Assembly: GCF_004010195.1 (NCBI RefSeq)
Contig: NC_057720.1
Location: 27,032,611 to 27,096,610 of the forward strand
Reading direction: 5' to 3'
DNA from: Chiloscyllium plagiosum
Taxonomy: Eukaryota
DNA length: 64,000 bases
Shown: positions 50,988-63,577 of the stretch, piece after piece
Layout: each line of letters begins with the position of its first letter
Position numbering within the stretch: position 1 is the stretch's first letter
The notes under the pieces: generated by a model
Told to the model about the DNA's origin: nothing
Seen by the model: only the letters and a program-made list of their open reading frames with translations
The model's database searches: none
Translations under genes and position numbers: made by a program

Positions 50988-51606
50988 CAGAACCCCACTG
51001 GTCCTCACCTACCACCCCACCAATCTCCATGTACAGCGCATCATACGCCGTCATTTCCGACACCTCCAAACGGACCCCACCACCAAGGATATATTTCCCT
51101 CCCCTCCCCTATCAGCATNNNNNNNNNNNNNNNNNNNNNNNNNNNNNNNNNNNNNNNNNNNNNNNNNNNNNNNNNNNNNNNNNNNNNNNNNNNNNNNNNN
51201 NNNNNNNNNNNNNNNNNNNNNNNNNNNNNNNNNNNNNNNNNNNNNNNNNNNNNNNNNNNNNNNNNNNNNNNNNNNNNNNNNNNNNNNNNNNNNNNNNNNN
51301 NNNNNNNNNNNNNNNNNNNNNNNNNNNNNNNNNNNNNNNNNNNNNNNNNNNNNNNNNNNNNNNNNNNNNNNNNNNNNNNNNNNNNNNNNNNNNNNNNNNN
51401 NNNNNNNNNNNNNNNNNNNNNNNNNNNNNNNNNNNNNNNNNNNNNNNNNNNNNNNNNNNNNNNNNNNNNNTTCCTCATTCCTGAAGAAGGGCTTATGCCC
51501 GAAACGTCGATTCTCCTGTTCCCTGGATGCTGCCTGACCTGCTGCGCTTTTCCAGCAACACATTTTCAGCTCTGATCTCCAGCATCTGCAGACCTCACTT
51601 TCTCCT
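50988..51606 (+). mobile_element. 5'-truncated Penelope-like element (family A) spanning an N gap
   Basis: RTPLVLTYHPTNLHVQRIIRRHFRHLQTDPTTKDIFPSPPLS plus tail; TSD catagatcaaaga at 50975-50987 and 51607-51619. Confidence 0.88.
51477..51512 (+). ncRNA. Minimal hammerhead ribozyme motif (family A)
   Basis: Identical to 177-212. Confidence 0.75.
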
Positions 51607-52598
51607 CATAGATCAAAGAGCATACAGGCAGTAGGAGTATTCTTAAGAGGGAAATCAGGAGGGCAAAAAGGAGACATGAGATCGCTTTGGAAATAGAGTT
51701 AAGGAGAATCCAATTGAAAATATATTAAGGGCAAAAGGGTAACTAGGTAGTCAATAGACCCCTCAAAAATCAGCAAGGCAGTTGTTGTGTGGAGCCACAG
51801 GAGATGGGGGAGACATTAAATGTGTATTTTGCATCAGTGTTTACTGTGGAAAAGGATATAGAAGATATAGAATGTAGGGAAATAGATGGTGACATCTTGA
51901 AAAATGTCCATATTACAGAGGAGGAAGTGCTGGATGTCTTGAAATGCATAAAAGTGGATAAATCCCCAGGACCTGATCAGTTGTACCCGAGAACTCTGTG
52001 GAAAGCGAGGGAAATGATTGCTGGGCCCTATGCTGAAATATTTGCATCATCAATAGTCACAGCTGAGATGCCAGAAGACTGGAGGTTGGCTAATGTGGTG
52101 CCACTGTTTAAGAAGGGTGGTAAGGACAAGCCAGGGAACTATAGACCAGTGAGCTTGACATCAGTGATGGGCAAGTTGTTAGAGGAAATCCTGAGGGACA
52201 GGATATACATGTATTTGGAAAGGCAAGGACTGATTAGGGATGGTCAACATGGCTTTGTGTGTGGCAAATCATGTCTTACAAACTTGATTGAGTTTTTGAA
52301 GAAGTAACAAAGAAGATTGATGAGGACAGAACGGTGGACGTGACCTATATGGACTTCAGTAAGGTGTTCGACAAGGTTCCCCATGGCAGACTGGTTAGCA
52401 AGGTTAGATCTCATAGAATAAGGAGAACTAGCCATTTGGATACAGAACTGGTTCAAAGGGTGACAGAGGGTGGTGGTGGAGGATTGTTTTTCAGACTGGA
52501 GGCCTGTGACCAGTGGAGTGCCATAAGGATTGGTGCTGGGTCCACTACTTTTCGTCATTTATATAAATGATTTGGATGTGAGCATAACTGGTATAGTT

Positions 52599-52773
52599 AA
52601 TTTTGGACTCCCCAACACTGAGGAAAAGACCTTGTCTATTCACCCTATCCATGCCCATCATGATTTTATAAACTTCTATAAGGTTACCCCTCAGCCTCCG
52701 ACAGTCAAGGGAAAATAGCTCCAGTCTATTCAGCCTCTCCCTGTAGCTCAACCCCTCCAACCCTGGCAACATC
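52599..52773 (-). mobile_element. HER1/CR1 fragment, inverted relative to the adjacent copy
   Basis: MLPGLEGLSYRERLNRLELFSL..IEVYKIM. Confidence 0.85.
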
Positions 52774-53944
52774 TTTATCAGATTAGCATTATATTTATAG
52801 TTTATGGTCAGGATTTGCAGATATATAAATTAATTTGTGAAAACCACTTGTATCGCAAATAAGATGCAGTAATTATTGGCTTTCTATGAGTTCTTGAGAA
52901 GAACTTTTTAATGGTTTCCAGAACCCTAGCCCCACAAATTGATACAGTTCATCCCACCTATAATTTTGATCAGCTAGAAAGCTCTCTACTGTGAAATATT
53001 AAGCTTTAAAATGTAATGCCAGAATCTACTGTCAAAATAATAGAGATTAATAGTATTAATACTGCTCACCTTTATTTATCAGTAAACAGTCGAGCAACTT
53101 CAACCAGGAGTAGCTGTGCAGTTAAATATGTGCATTTAATTGTTGCTGTCAAAGTTACACTGCTCCATTGCCAACTCTGTAAAAATAGCATCTGTGCTAT
53201 TTTTAGATAATAGGACTCTCTACTCAAAAGTGTAATTGAGGCAGATTTATTTCTGGCTTTCAAACATAAAACTGATGAATTCCAGAGGGGAAAGCATTCC
53301 AGGGTCATATAGGAGGGGGAAGGGAGTAGAACAAACTGAACCTTTCTTGCAGTGTGGGCAAATATAGACTTGAAGAGGTGAAGGGCCTACCCCAGTGCAG
53401 CAACCATCCAATGCAGACTATGATTCATGACACTTTGTACATGCCATGACCCATGAGTATTTAAAAAGCCAATCTGACTCCCTGATGATTGCAATGGAGT
53501 GGAGCTGCTGGTGTGGGTGTCCAATGTTTGGGTTTGGGACTTGAACCAGCCCGCACCCTTAAAATGCCAAGGTAAAAATAGAAAAGGCCTGGAATAGGGC
53601 CAGAAATCCCAGAATGCACCATTCTTAAAGGACTCTCGAGTAATCTCAAATGGTGAAAGCCCAGCCTTTGTTATGTGGCAGTCTTCCCATTTGTAAAACA
53701 ATAGTCTACACTGTGGTAGTCAACTCTGTGTTAAGTATCGCCTGGTCTGATTGAGAATCCACACTCATGGATGGCAGTCATTGCCTGTTTGTTGCACAGG
53801 AACAGGTAATCTTAACTGCCTTCTCATAAAACAGATCATAGAATGTATGTTATGTCTTACTTGATATGTTATTATAAAAATATATATCTTGAAAGTAAAT
53901 CTCACTAGAAAACTTGTAATATATTCCTGACACATGATTGGTTT

Positions 53945-54128
53945 TTAGATCATTCCATTCCTTCCCAATCTCTGAGTCAAAATCCTGTAAATCACTGTGG
54001 ATGTACTTCCACCACGTGCACTGCAGCAATTCAAGAGACCAGCTCTCACCATCAGCTTCTCAAGGGCAGTTAGGGATGAGCAACAATGCTGACCTACCTT
54101 GCAACACTCCCATCCTGGTAATAAATAA
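53945..54128 (+). mobile_element. LINE 3' end with the gggcagttagggatg tail
   Basis: ctgcagcaattcaag..caccatcagcttctcaagggcagttag followed by the tail shared with 18745-18808. Confidence 0.65.
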
Positions 54129-54130
54129 AC

Positions 54131-54211
54131 GTCTGAAGAGGAATCATATTGGACTTGAAATGTTAACCCTCTTTCTGTTCTTTCCACAGTTTATGCCAGA
54201 CCTGCTCAGTT
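54131..54211 (+). mobile_element. Old Penelope-like tail (family D)
   Basis: ctgaagaggaatcatattggacttgaaatgtta..gccagacctgct. Confidence 0.6.
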
Positions 54212-54744
54212 ATAGAGTCATAGAGATATACAGCATGGAAACAGACCCTTCGGTCCAACCCGTCCATGCGAACCAGATATCAAAACCCAATCTAGTCCCA
54301 CCTGCCAGCACCCGGCCCATATTCCTCCAAACCCTTCCTATTCATATACCCATCCAAATGCCTCTTAAATGTTGCAATTGTACCAGCCTCCACACACCCT
54401 CTGGCAGCTCATTCCATACACGTACCACCCTCTGCGTGAAACAGTTGTCCTTTATGAACCCTTTCAAGTTTCACAACATCTTTCCGATAGGAAGGAGACC
54501 AGAATTGCACGCAATATTCCAACAGTGGCCTAACCAATGTCCTGTACAGCCGCAACATGACCTCCCGACTCCTGTACTCAATACTCTGACAATAAAGGAA
54601 AGCATACCAAATACTTTCTTCACAATCCTACTTACCTGCCATTCCACTTTCAAGGAGCTATGAACCTGCACTCCAAGGTCTCTTTCTTCAGCAACACTCC
54701 CTAGGACCTAGGACCTTACCATTAAGTGTTTAAGTCCTGCTAAG
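54212..54744 (-). mobile_element. HER1/CR1 3' portion with internal deletions
   Basis: Matches 31394-32150 with segments missing. Confidence 0.9.
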
Positions 54745-55053
54745 TTTCTTCAGTACTTTTTGTTTTTACGAAAACAAATCATTTGCTTATTTTAAACCTC
54801 ACCTCTTAATCTTCTTTATCCAGTAATTTGTTTCTCTTTGCCTATGCAAGAACTTGGGAAGGGAGATGAAGGCTGTCATTTTCAGCCAAAACCTGTTCCT
54901 ATTTTGTAAAACCTCAGTCAAGTGTGGCAATTATTGAATAAAGCATAAAGCTTCCACTCCAGTAAAGTGTGGTCATCCCAGTCTCGGAAGCTTCCTTCTC
55001 CCTCCACCTCAAACTTCGCCAATACATACTTTTTCCATTTCTCACTTGTACTT

Positions 55054-55383
55054 AGTCATAGAATCCCTACAGTGTGGAAACAGACCCTTCGACCCAACAA
55101 GCCCACACTGACCGGCCGAAGAGTAACCCACGCAGACCCACTCTCCTACTATTCTACATTATCCCAGACTAATGCACCTAATCTACACATCCCTGAACAC
55201 TATGGGCAATTTAGTTTGGCCAATTCACCTGACCTGCACGTCTTTGGATTGTGGGAGGAAACCCACGCTGACACGGGGAGAATGTGCAAACTCCACACAA
55301 ACAGTCGCCCAAGACAGGAATCGAAACCAGGTCATTGGCGCTGTGAGGCAACAGTGCTAACCACTGAGCCACCGTGCCATCCC
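55054..55383 (-). mobile_element. HE1-type SINE
   Basis: Reverse complement head gggatggcacggtggctcagtggttagcac. Confidence 0.9.
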
Positions 55384-55579
55384 AACCGTGTATATCTGTG
55401 TTTACTTGTGAGAACCTTTTCTCATTTTCCACACCAGTTCATTTTGTGGTTTGTGCCCAGAGCCTCAAGGTGAAGGTACAGAAAGACTTTTCATAGAAGA
55501 TTTATACAGTTTATGGAAGGGAAAACTTGCATTTATAAAATTATTTATTCATTTATTGGGTGTGGGTGTCACTGGTAAG

Positions 55580-55715
55580 ATAGTAAAAACTGAAAGAGCT
55601 ACAGATGCTGTAAATCAGAAACAAAAATGGAAATTGCTGAAAAACCTCAGCAAGTCTGACAGCATCTGTGGAGAGAATTCAGAGTCAGCAGATTGAGTGA
55701 CCCTCCCTCAGAACT
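55580..55715 (-). mobile_element. Old Penelope-like tail (family D)
   Basis: ctcagcaagtctgacagcatctgtggagag..gtgaccctccctcagaact. Confidence 0.6.
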
Positions 55716-55879
55716 CAAAATAGTACTTATTGCCCGTTCGTCATCTCCATTGAGGAGGTGATAGTGAGTTATCTTTTTCAATCTGCAGTCCTCTGGTATC
55801 GGTACACCTACAGCGCTATTTGGAAGGACATTGACCCAGTGTCAATGACGAAACACTGACATAGATCCAAGATAGGATA

Positions 55880-56062
55880 TGATGTGGAGGTGTTGGTGTT
55901 GGACTAGGGTGAACAGAGTCAGAAGTCACATAGCACCAGGTTATAGTTCAACAAGTTTATTTGAAATCACAAGCTTTTGGAGCTCTGCTCCTTTGATGTC
56001 TGAAAACTTATGATTTCAAACAAACCTGTTGGACTATAACCTGGTGTCATGTGACTTCTGGC
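55880..56062. mobile_element. Fold-back Penelope-like tail (family B variant)
   Basis: agaagtcaca..caccaggttatag / ctataacctggtgtcatgtgacttct inverted arms. Confidence 0.7.
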
Positions 56063-56599
56063 TGAGTCAGGATAGTGTGTGACTTGGATGGGAATTTGCT
56101 AGTGGTGATGTTCCCAAACACTTATTGTCCCTTGTACTCCTAGGCAGTACAGGCCATGAGTTTGGAAAATATCATCAAAAAAGGCTTAGTGAGTTGCCTC
56201 AGTGCATATGGTGGATATTCGCAGGACATCTCAAAGTGTTTCACAGCTAAGTGATAATTTTGAAGTGTTTTCACTGTCAATATTTAAGCAAACATAGCAA
56301 CTTATTTGTACGTGATAATATCTTAAAAATAGCAATGAGATCATGGAAGTAGGGACAGCAGTCCAGTGGCAATTTTGCTCGTCATTGAGAAATTTTGACA
56401 AATAACCGAAAGACATGAGTTAAAATTTCATGATATAGTTGGGATTTAAATCCATTTAATTAAATTGTTGGAAACAGAAATATGCTTGTTTCAGTAACAA
56501 TGGTCACCAAACTTTCAAGTTGTTGTAAAAGTTTATTTGACTTGTTCTGGTCATCCTTAACTGATTTGGCTGACATGCAACCTCACATTAATTTGCTAT

Positions 56600-56830
56600 T
56601 AACAGACGTTAATAATGATATTCTTACCAATCTTTATAGATGCACTATTTAATGCATCACAGCTTGGTATGGCAACTGCTCTGCCCAAGACCGCAAAAAA
56701 ATTACAGAGAGTTGTGAATGCAACCCAGTCCAACATGAAAACCAGCCCTCCTTCCACTGACTCTGTCTAGAATTCCCACTGCATCAGGAAAGCAGCCAAC
56801 ATAGTCAAAGATCTCTCCCACTCTGAATAT
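56600..56830 (+). mobile_element. Rex1/Babar LINE fragment
   Basis: LTNLYRCTI..ITAWYGNCSAQDRKKLQRVV. Confidence 0.8.
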
Positions 56831-57374
56831 AAATATGATAGATGTTGATCAAGGTACACTCCTGTTCTTCCTCAAATACATGATATTGGACATACAGCAC
56901 AGGAACAGAAATTTCTGCCCAACAAATTCCATTTGACTCCACTTGCGGCTCTTCCCATTATTTTCAATTCAATCTGCTCTTCTCATCTATTCCCTTCTTC
57001 CTCAAATGCTGTGGAACTTTCACTTAAATACTTTCACATTGTTCACTTCTCCTACGCCTTGGAATAGCAGGTTCTACATTCCCACCATTCTTTGGATAGA
57101 AAAATTAAACTTCCAAATGTATTTCTTGGTGACTGTTTTATAATGCTGTCATCTAGTTGTATTCTTCCCCACAAGAGAAAACATTTTCTACGTCTGTGTG
57201 TTGTAAATGCCTTTCGTAATTTTAAAGACCAACATTAGGTCACCGGCAGCCTCTTTCCTCAAGAGAAAAGTGATCCATCCTTTTAAAGGTTACCTGATTT
57301 TTATACCTAGACAAATCTGAGATCATCATTGTAATCTTCTCTATCATAGGACTGTTTATATCAAAATAAAGCAG

Positions 57375-57535
57375 GTAAATGAGGCTCAGTTTTAATGTTT
57401 GATCTGAAAGACAACAGCTCTGTCAGTATAGTGCGCACGATTGCAATCAAGTGCTGGATAATATGCTCATGTCTCTGCAGTGAGGCTTGAACCAATAACC
57501 TTCTGATTCATAGAAAAGACTGCTACCACTGTGAG
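57375..57535 (-). mobile_element. Deu-domain SINE head (decayed)
   Basis: Reverse complement cagtggtagcagtc..tcagaaggttattggttcaagcctcactgcagagacatgagca. Confidence 0.6.
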
Positions 57536-58340
57536 AGAGTTAGAAGGAGGGGGAAAGAGCGAGAGGGCTAATTTCATCTAACCCAATGAACATGACACTG
57601 ACAAGACAGGACTGTTGGTCTGTTTCGCACCCCACTATTAACTTCAACAGAATATAAAATCGAATCTGGTGTAAAACGGTTAACTGGTCCAATCCTGTCA
57701 GTTTCCAGCTAGGCAGTTTGGAATACAATTATTCACAGGGAGAGAGAGAAAGAAACCGAGGCAGAGACAGAGGTTTGAATCTAACTCCTGGAAGTGAGAG
57801 CATACTGACTGACTACACTATTCTATATTTGATCTTTCTTCCATACACTTTTAAAAGACTAGATATTAACTTATTTAAACAGGCTAAGAAATTAGGGCAA
57901 TTAATTTACTTTTTGACTGGTATTGGAGAGCAGTCAAGAATTCTTTCAGCATGTGAAAAAACAGGTTTATTTATTTTCGCTGAATATGGCAGAAAAGATT
58001 ATTTATTTGACATGGTTATGTCAGACAGATTCATTTCTTTTACATGGCTGCGTGAGAGATTTATTTGTTCCTTTTGCATGGTTTCAGGGGAACAGATTCA
58101 TTTACTTTTGATAGATGCAGGGACAAATTCATTTATCTTTTCCCTGGAACAAAGTGAGAATTCGATTTCAACTTTGTAGGGATGATTTTTCTGGGTGACA
58201 AGCAGTGGAGCTATTTGAAATAATTATCTTTTGTACAAGCCACTGAAGGGTAGTGAAGATTGGAATAGAATATTTTCCAATCAACAGTGGCTTGGTTCCT
58301 GCCTAACAGAAAATTAGCTGCCAAGTTACAAGTTAGCTAT

Positions 58341-58689
58341 GGGGTGACGTGGTGGCTCAGTGGTTAGCATTGCTAACTCACAGCGCCAGGTACCAAAGTT
58401 TAATTACAGCCTTGGATGATTGCTTTTGTGGAATTTGCACATTCTCTTTGTGTTTGCAAAGGTTTCTTCTGAGTGATCTAGTTTCCTCCCACAATCTAAA
58501 GATATGCTCGTTAGGTGGATTGGCCATGCTAAATTGCTTGTAGTATCCAGGGATGTGCAGGCGAGGTGAATTAGCCATGGGAAATGCAGGGTTATTGGGA
58601 TAGGAGGGTGGCTGTGGGTAGGATGCTCTTTGGAGGATTAGTGTGGACTTGATGGCCAAATGACCTGCTTCCACATTGTAGGGATTCTA
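58341..58689 (+). mobile_element. HE1-type SINE (diverged)
   Basis: ggtggctcagtggttagcattgct head; gtagggattcta tail. Confidence 0.85.
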
Positions 58690-59479
58690 AGGAAGGCCAC
58701 AGCTTGATGCCCACAGCTCCAGCAATGTCGAAAGTAATTATTCCAGCTGTTTTTCCTCCACAACAGACTGAAAAAACACAACTGAGCATCTTACCAATTT
58801 TGTAGGATCAAAACAAAGTGCACCAATAGGAAAATTGCTCAGTTATCCACTCAAGTGACATGTATTATCAACTCAAAATGGCCTTTTATATTCCACAACT
58901 ACTGCAATAGGTAAGGCAGCAAATATGAGCATTTGAAGTGAACCACTTCACAAATACACAAGTGTGAAAATAACAAGGTAGGTAAAACATTATCTTGCAA
59001 ACCTAAGAACATGTCAGCAATTTATTTGAAAGTTCACTGCGAGATCGAGATTGGAACAGACGAGGAGAGAAATAATTAATTATGTTTGAAGTGGCCTTTA
59101 TTTTGTAATAATGCAGTTCTAGTGTGGTCACACTGATGGAAACACCAAACAAAGTCTTCCATTTTCATTGAGACTATTGGGAATTAGAACACAACAGAGA
59201 AAAGAAAACTTTGCAGCTCCCAGTGATGCTGAACTGAGGAAGTTTACTTTGGTGTTGCTGTCTACTGATTGAGACCTGAGCGTTGGGAATAAGTGACCAT
59301 AGCATCATAATAAAATAACATTTAAACAATTTAAAAGGACTTACTGAACCAAAATTAAACTTATCAATTGTTTGGCATTAAAGGAGTGAATAGTTATTTC
59401 CTATTTAATCAAAATGTTTTCCCTTTAGTTCAGTGTATCAACTTGACCTATAATATCAGTTCCAAACATATCAGATATA

Positions 59480-59785
59480 GCTTCGTTGGAAGCACTGATG
59501 CTTCTGAGCCAGGAAGATCCAAGTTCAAATTCCACTCCAGAGCTTGGGCAAACAAGTCAAGGCCAACACACCACAGCAGTACTGAGAAAGTGCCATGGTA
59601 CCAGAGAAGCAGTCTTTTATTTGAAACAGAGGCACTTTTGGTTCTCTAAACTGACTATATTTTGAAGAAAAGTGTGCAAGGTATCTCAAGAGTCCTGGCA
59701 ACTATTTACCCTTTAACTAAAATCACAACAGATTTTCTGGTCATTAATAAATTGCATTGGTCGTGGGAGCTTTGCTGTGCACACA
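59480..59785 (+). mobile_element. Deu-domain SINE (decayed)
   Basis: agttcaaattccactccagag head; cagattttctggtcatt..gtgggagctttgctgtgc core. Confidence 0.65.
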
Positions 59786-60069
59786 AGAGAGAGGGAGAGG
59801 TAGAATACAAATTTGTGAACTTTGCCCCAGCAGAATATTTTCGTAATTATTCAGTGTTCATGAGATGTTCTCAGAAAGCACATTTTTGTTTTATCTCAAA
59901 AAAGTGCATTGCAAAATGCAGTACAGAGTCCAAGCGTCAGCCAAGGGAGATCCTTAATGTTAAAGCTTAGACTGCTGGTGTTTTGCTACTTTGTCATGCA
60001 GTGGTGTCTGTCTAGTCTGAATGTGTGGCCTCTGTATCCAAGGTATAATTTCAGTTACATCACACCGTA

Positions 60070-60591
60070 GGTGTGCATGCTGGAATAGGTAGAGATAGGC
60101 GAGGATGAGGTGCTGAAAATTTTGTCAAACATTGAGATTGACAAGTCGCCAGGCCCGGACCAGATGTGTCCTCGGTTGCTTGGGAAACGAGAAAAGCAAT
60201 TGCTTCGCCACTTGCGAAGATCTTTGCATCCTCGCTCTCTACTGGAGTCGTACCTGAGGTCTGGAGAGAGGCAGATGTAATTCCTCTCTTCAAGAAAGGA
60301 AATAGGGAAGTCCCCAGCAATTACAGACCAGTCAGTCTCACATCTGTCGTCTGCAAGGTGTTAGAAAGGATTCTGAGGGATAGGATTTATGACCATCTGG
60401 AAGAGCATGGCTTGATTAAATGCAGTCAACACGGCTTTGTGAGGGGCAGGTCATGCCTCACAAACCTTATCAAGTTCTTTGAGGATGTGACTAGAAAAGT
60501 TGATGAGGGTCGAGCTGTGGATGTGGTGTATATGGACTTCAGCAAGGCATTTGATAAGGTTCCCCATGGTAGGCTCATTCAGAAGGTCATG
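60070..60591 (+). mobile_element. Young CR1 LINE internal RT fragment
   Basis: Open ORF 60166-60630: WREADVIPLFKKG..NYRPVSLTS..QHGFVRGRSCLTNL..YMDFSKAFDKVPHGRL. Confidence 0.95.
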
Positions 60592-61213
60592 AAACCTGAG
60601 CCAAAATATTCAAAAATAGAGTCTTTATGAGGCTTAATGGAAACAGTGCATACTGACAATTGCTATTGGATAGGCAATCAAGTTTGCTTACCACACTTAG
60701 AACTCCGTTTAAAAGCTTTGGCTGCAACAGACTACCATTTGGGCTCTAGAGATTTTCCAACATCTACATCCAAAATCTTAGAGGCGTTATAAGCCTTCAT
60801 ATTCCATATGCCATATATTGATGAACACTCTATAAACTGGTTGAGAAACATGAGCAGTTTTTGAATGCATCCAGCTGAAGGGCTCCTCCTAAATGGGAGG
60901 TGTAAATTCACAAAGGAATATGTTTGGTTCTTGTAACAGTATTATTGTAACAGTAATGATATAATGACATACCCACAGAAAACAAAGGCTATTGAAGGAG
61001 CTTCCCATTCGGAAATCAGTTCATGATACGTACATAGTGATAGTAAACCAGCAGGTAGAAGTTTTTCTTTATTTGGCAACTGCAAAAGAGCCCTTGAGGC
61101 AATTCTTCAAGAAGACACAAGGAAACATGAATGCTTTTTAAATTGTTTGCAACACTGATTTGGAGACAGTCTTTACTGTAACATTGGGTAACTAATGTAT
61201 AGAGAGGATGGCG

Positions 61214-61415
61214 GGTTCTTTACACAAAGAGTTGTGAGAGCATGGAATGCGTTGCCAGCAGCAGTTGTGGAAGCAAGGTCATTGGGGACATTTAAGAGAC
61301 TACTGGACATGCATATGGTCACAGAAATTTGAGGGTGCATACATGAGGATCTATGGTCGGCACAACATCGTGGGCTGTAGGGCCTGTTCTGTGCTGTACT
61401 ATTCTATGTTCTATG
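61214..61415 (+). mobile_element. CR1 LINE 3' end
   Basis: FFTQRVVRAWNALP; (tctatgt)n tail. Confidence 0.88.
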
Positions 61416-61450
61416 TAAACTTCTGTTATAAATTCTGTATAATCATGTAC

Positions 61451-61549
61451 TCCACAACCACCTGATGAAGGAGCAGCGCTCCAAAAGCTAATGATTCCAA
61501 TTATACCTGTTGGAGTATAACCTGGTGTTGTGTGATTTTTAACTTTGTA
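61451..61549 (+). mobile_element. Single-arm Penelope-like tail (family B)
   Basis: cac-ctgatga-a-ggagcagcgctcc-aaaagcta..gtgtgatttttaactttgta; hammerhead G12 mutated. Confidence 0.8.
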
Positions 61550-63577
61550 TCCTAGAGCAGTTTTAGTTACTGATTTTCTGACAAGGATGTTAATGAGTTG
61601 TGGGTTATAAAATGAAAACGGGCATTGATATCAGCATTACAAATGAATGTATTCCTAAATATTTCTAGTCTACATCTCATTTTCACCTTTTTAAGGAGTT
61701 TTTGAAAAAAATTGTTGTATCGTGACAATTGCACAAGATCATGCACTTTCCTTTGTCCCCTCCTTCCTTTTGCAGATTAACCTTCATTCACCTTGCTTCA
61801 TTCACATAAGGTAGAAATGAAATTAATTCACAGTCGATAAAATCTGAAAATCAAACACATATTAATATATATTCATCACATCGAGAGCACTCAGAATTTA
61901 TAAATCACTCAACTTCAAATTTAATTTTTTACTCAAGCCATGGGGTTTATTTTCAAAAGACAATATCTGTACGGGCAAAGACTTTCCTCAAAACATGACT
62001 TTTAAAAAAATAATTACAAGCAATAAAGCCACAAGAACACCACGTTTTGTGACATGCTAAAATCTTCACTAAAGAAGAATGGAAATAGCGTCACATTTTA
62101 GCCTTGGTAACAAAACTTACAGTAATTTGTTTCCTTCACATCAATAAGACACTATTTCTACAGTAGTGCTCCTGCACTGACAAATGCAATTATAAATCAC
62201 ACCTTAATGTTGCTTTTGCATGTCATCAACATTATTAAATTTAATATTGTAATATTGGTTTCATATTATGATACAGTAAATGTACAGTGACAATTCAAGA
62301 TTAAAGCATTTTTGGATAGTCAGTCGGAATGATGGAAGAATATGTGCTACCATTACTTCGCTGAAGTTCCTGGGCAGGATTTTGTATTTTGGCTCAGGAC
62401 GAAGCTGCAGCCTGTCACTGCAGGTAAGAAAGAGAGAAAGACTGTCTCCACAGGGAGGTACCCCCTTGGTAGTTTGAAAACATTTGAAGTAAAACTTGGC
62501 CTCAGTTGCTAGACCACTCTTAGGAAACCCTCCTTGAGTAGTTCAAGTGACCTTCAAAGTCTCACAGAAGCACTGCACCCCTTTGTCATGTCAGCCACCA
62601 GGAGTCTTCCTCCAGCCATGAGCAATGCACCCAATATCATGGCAGGCCCATAGACAAATTGCAAAATTCCCATTGGCTTCAGATCAATGGCTTTACTAGC
62701 CCTTTCCCATACTTTATTTGGCTACCTGCCATTTGAAGGGATGGAATGAGAGTAACCAAATTGCTTTTCAAAAAAATGGCTTGAAGCAAGTTATTGCCAA
62801 CAAATTTGCACATCAGGTGGCAATTTAAATTCACACTGCCCTTCCCTGCACCAGCACCCCCCCCCCCCCCCCACTCCCAATATTGAAGTCAATATCCTGC
62901 CTTTAAATCCAGAGGTTATTTTCTTTAATTATCGATAGGACATGCTATTCTAAGTCCAGAAGATTGCAAGTGAGTAAATCTCTCTGACCCTGGAAAACTA
63001 ATTTAATATCTATTTAATGTCTCAATTTCTCCCTTTGTTACAATCCAGCTGATGGTAATACTGGACAAGTCAGGATCCAAAACATAACCTGGCTTGACAG
63101 ATCATAAGTTTAATTTTTGCAGGTGGTTTCTGTGGTGAGTAATATATTCAGAAAAGGCTGTTGATGCTCCCTGATACAAGAGCACAGTTTATTACAGAAA
63201 AGAGAAAAAAAACAAAGCTGGATATACATCTGTGTCGACTTGAAAATAACAACATAAGCAGTTAAAATGCAGATTCATTCATTTTACCTAGATTATTTTC
63301 AGATACATAATCTCAAAGAAATGTCACTCGACCGTAGCTCTTTAATTTCTCACTTAATTGGTTCTTAGAGAGTCACATGTTTCTTAGAAATCAACTATTT
63401 AGTCCATCTTTCCAAATTATTTTCTAACTTCTTAAAAATAAATTACCTTCGCAGAACAGAATCAAAATTCATCTGCTTCCATTTTAAAAATACAAATTCG
63501 CAAATGATAATAATATATTGTTTACTTTTATCTTACTTTCTAAAAATATCCAAGATATTCAATAAAAATTTTTAAAG

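Larger units (their letters stand above)
50620..52598 (+). mobile_element. HER1/CR1 LINE ORF2 fragment hosting two Penelope-like insertions
   Basis: DKSPGPD..WRLANVVPLFKKG..NYRPVSLTS..QHGFV..YMDFSKVFDKVPH..VLGPLLFVIYINDLD. Confidence 0.95.

Noticed and set aside
50901..51575. Long ORFs of 145-224 aa
   Set aside because: Mostly X residues from the assembly gap; the same applies to 45878-46166
53938..54663. 241-aa ORF
   Set aside because: Chance read-through of a LINE tail, a Penelope tail and antisense CR1
62372..62501. Harbinger-type MITE ends (gggcaggatttt..aaaacttggcc)
   Set aside because: Match is too short and degenerate to support without a consensus
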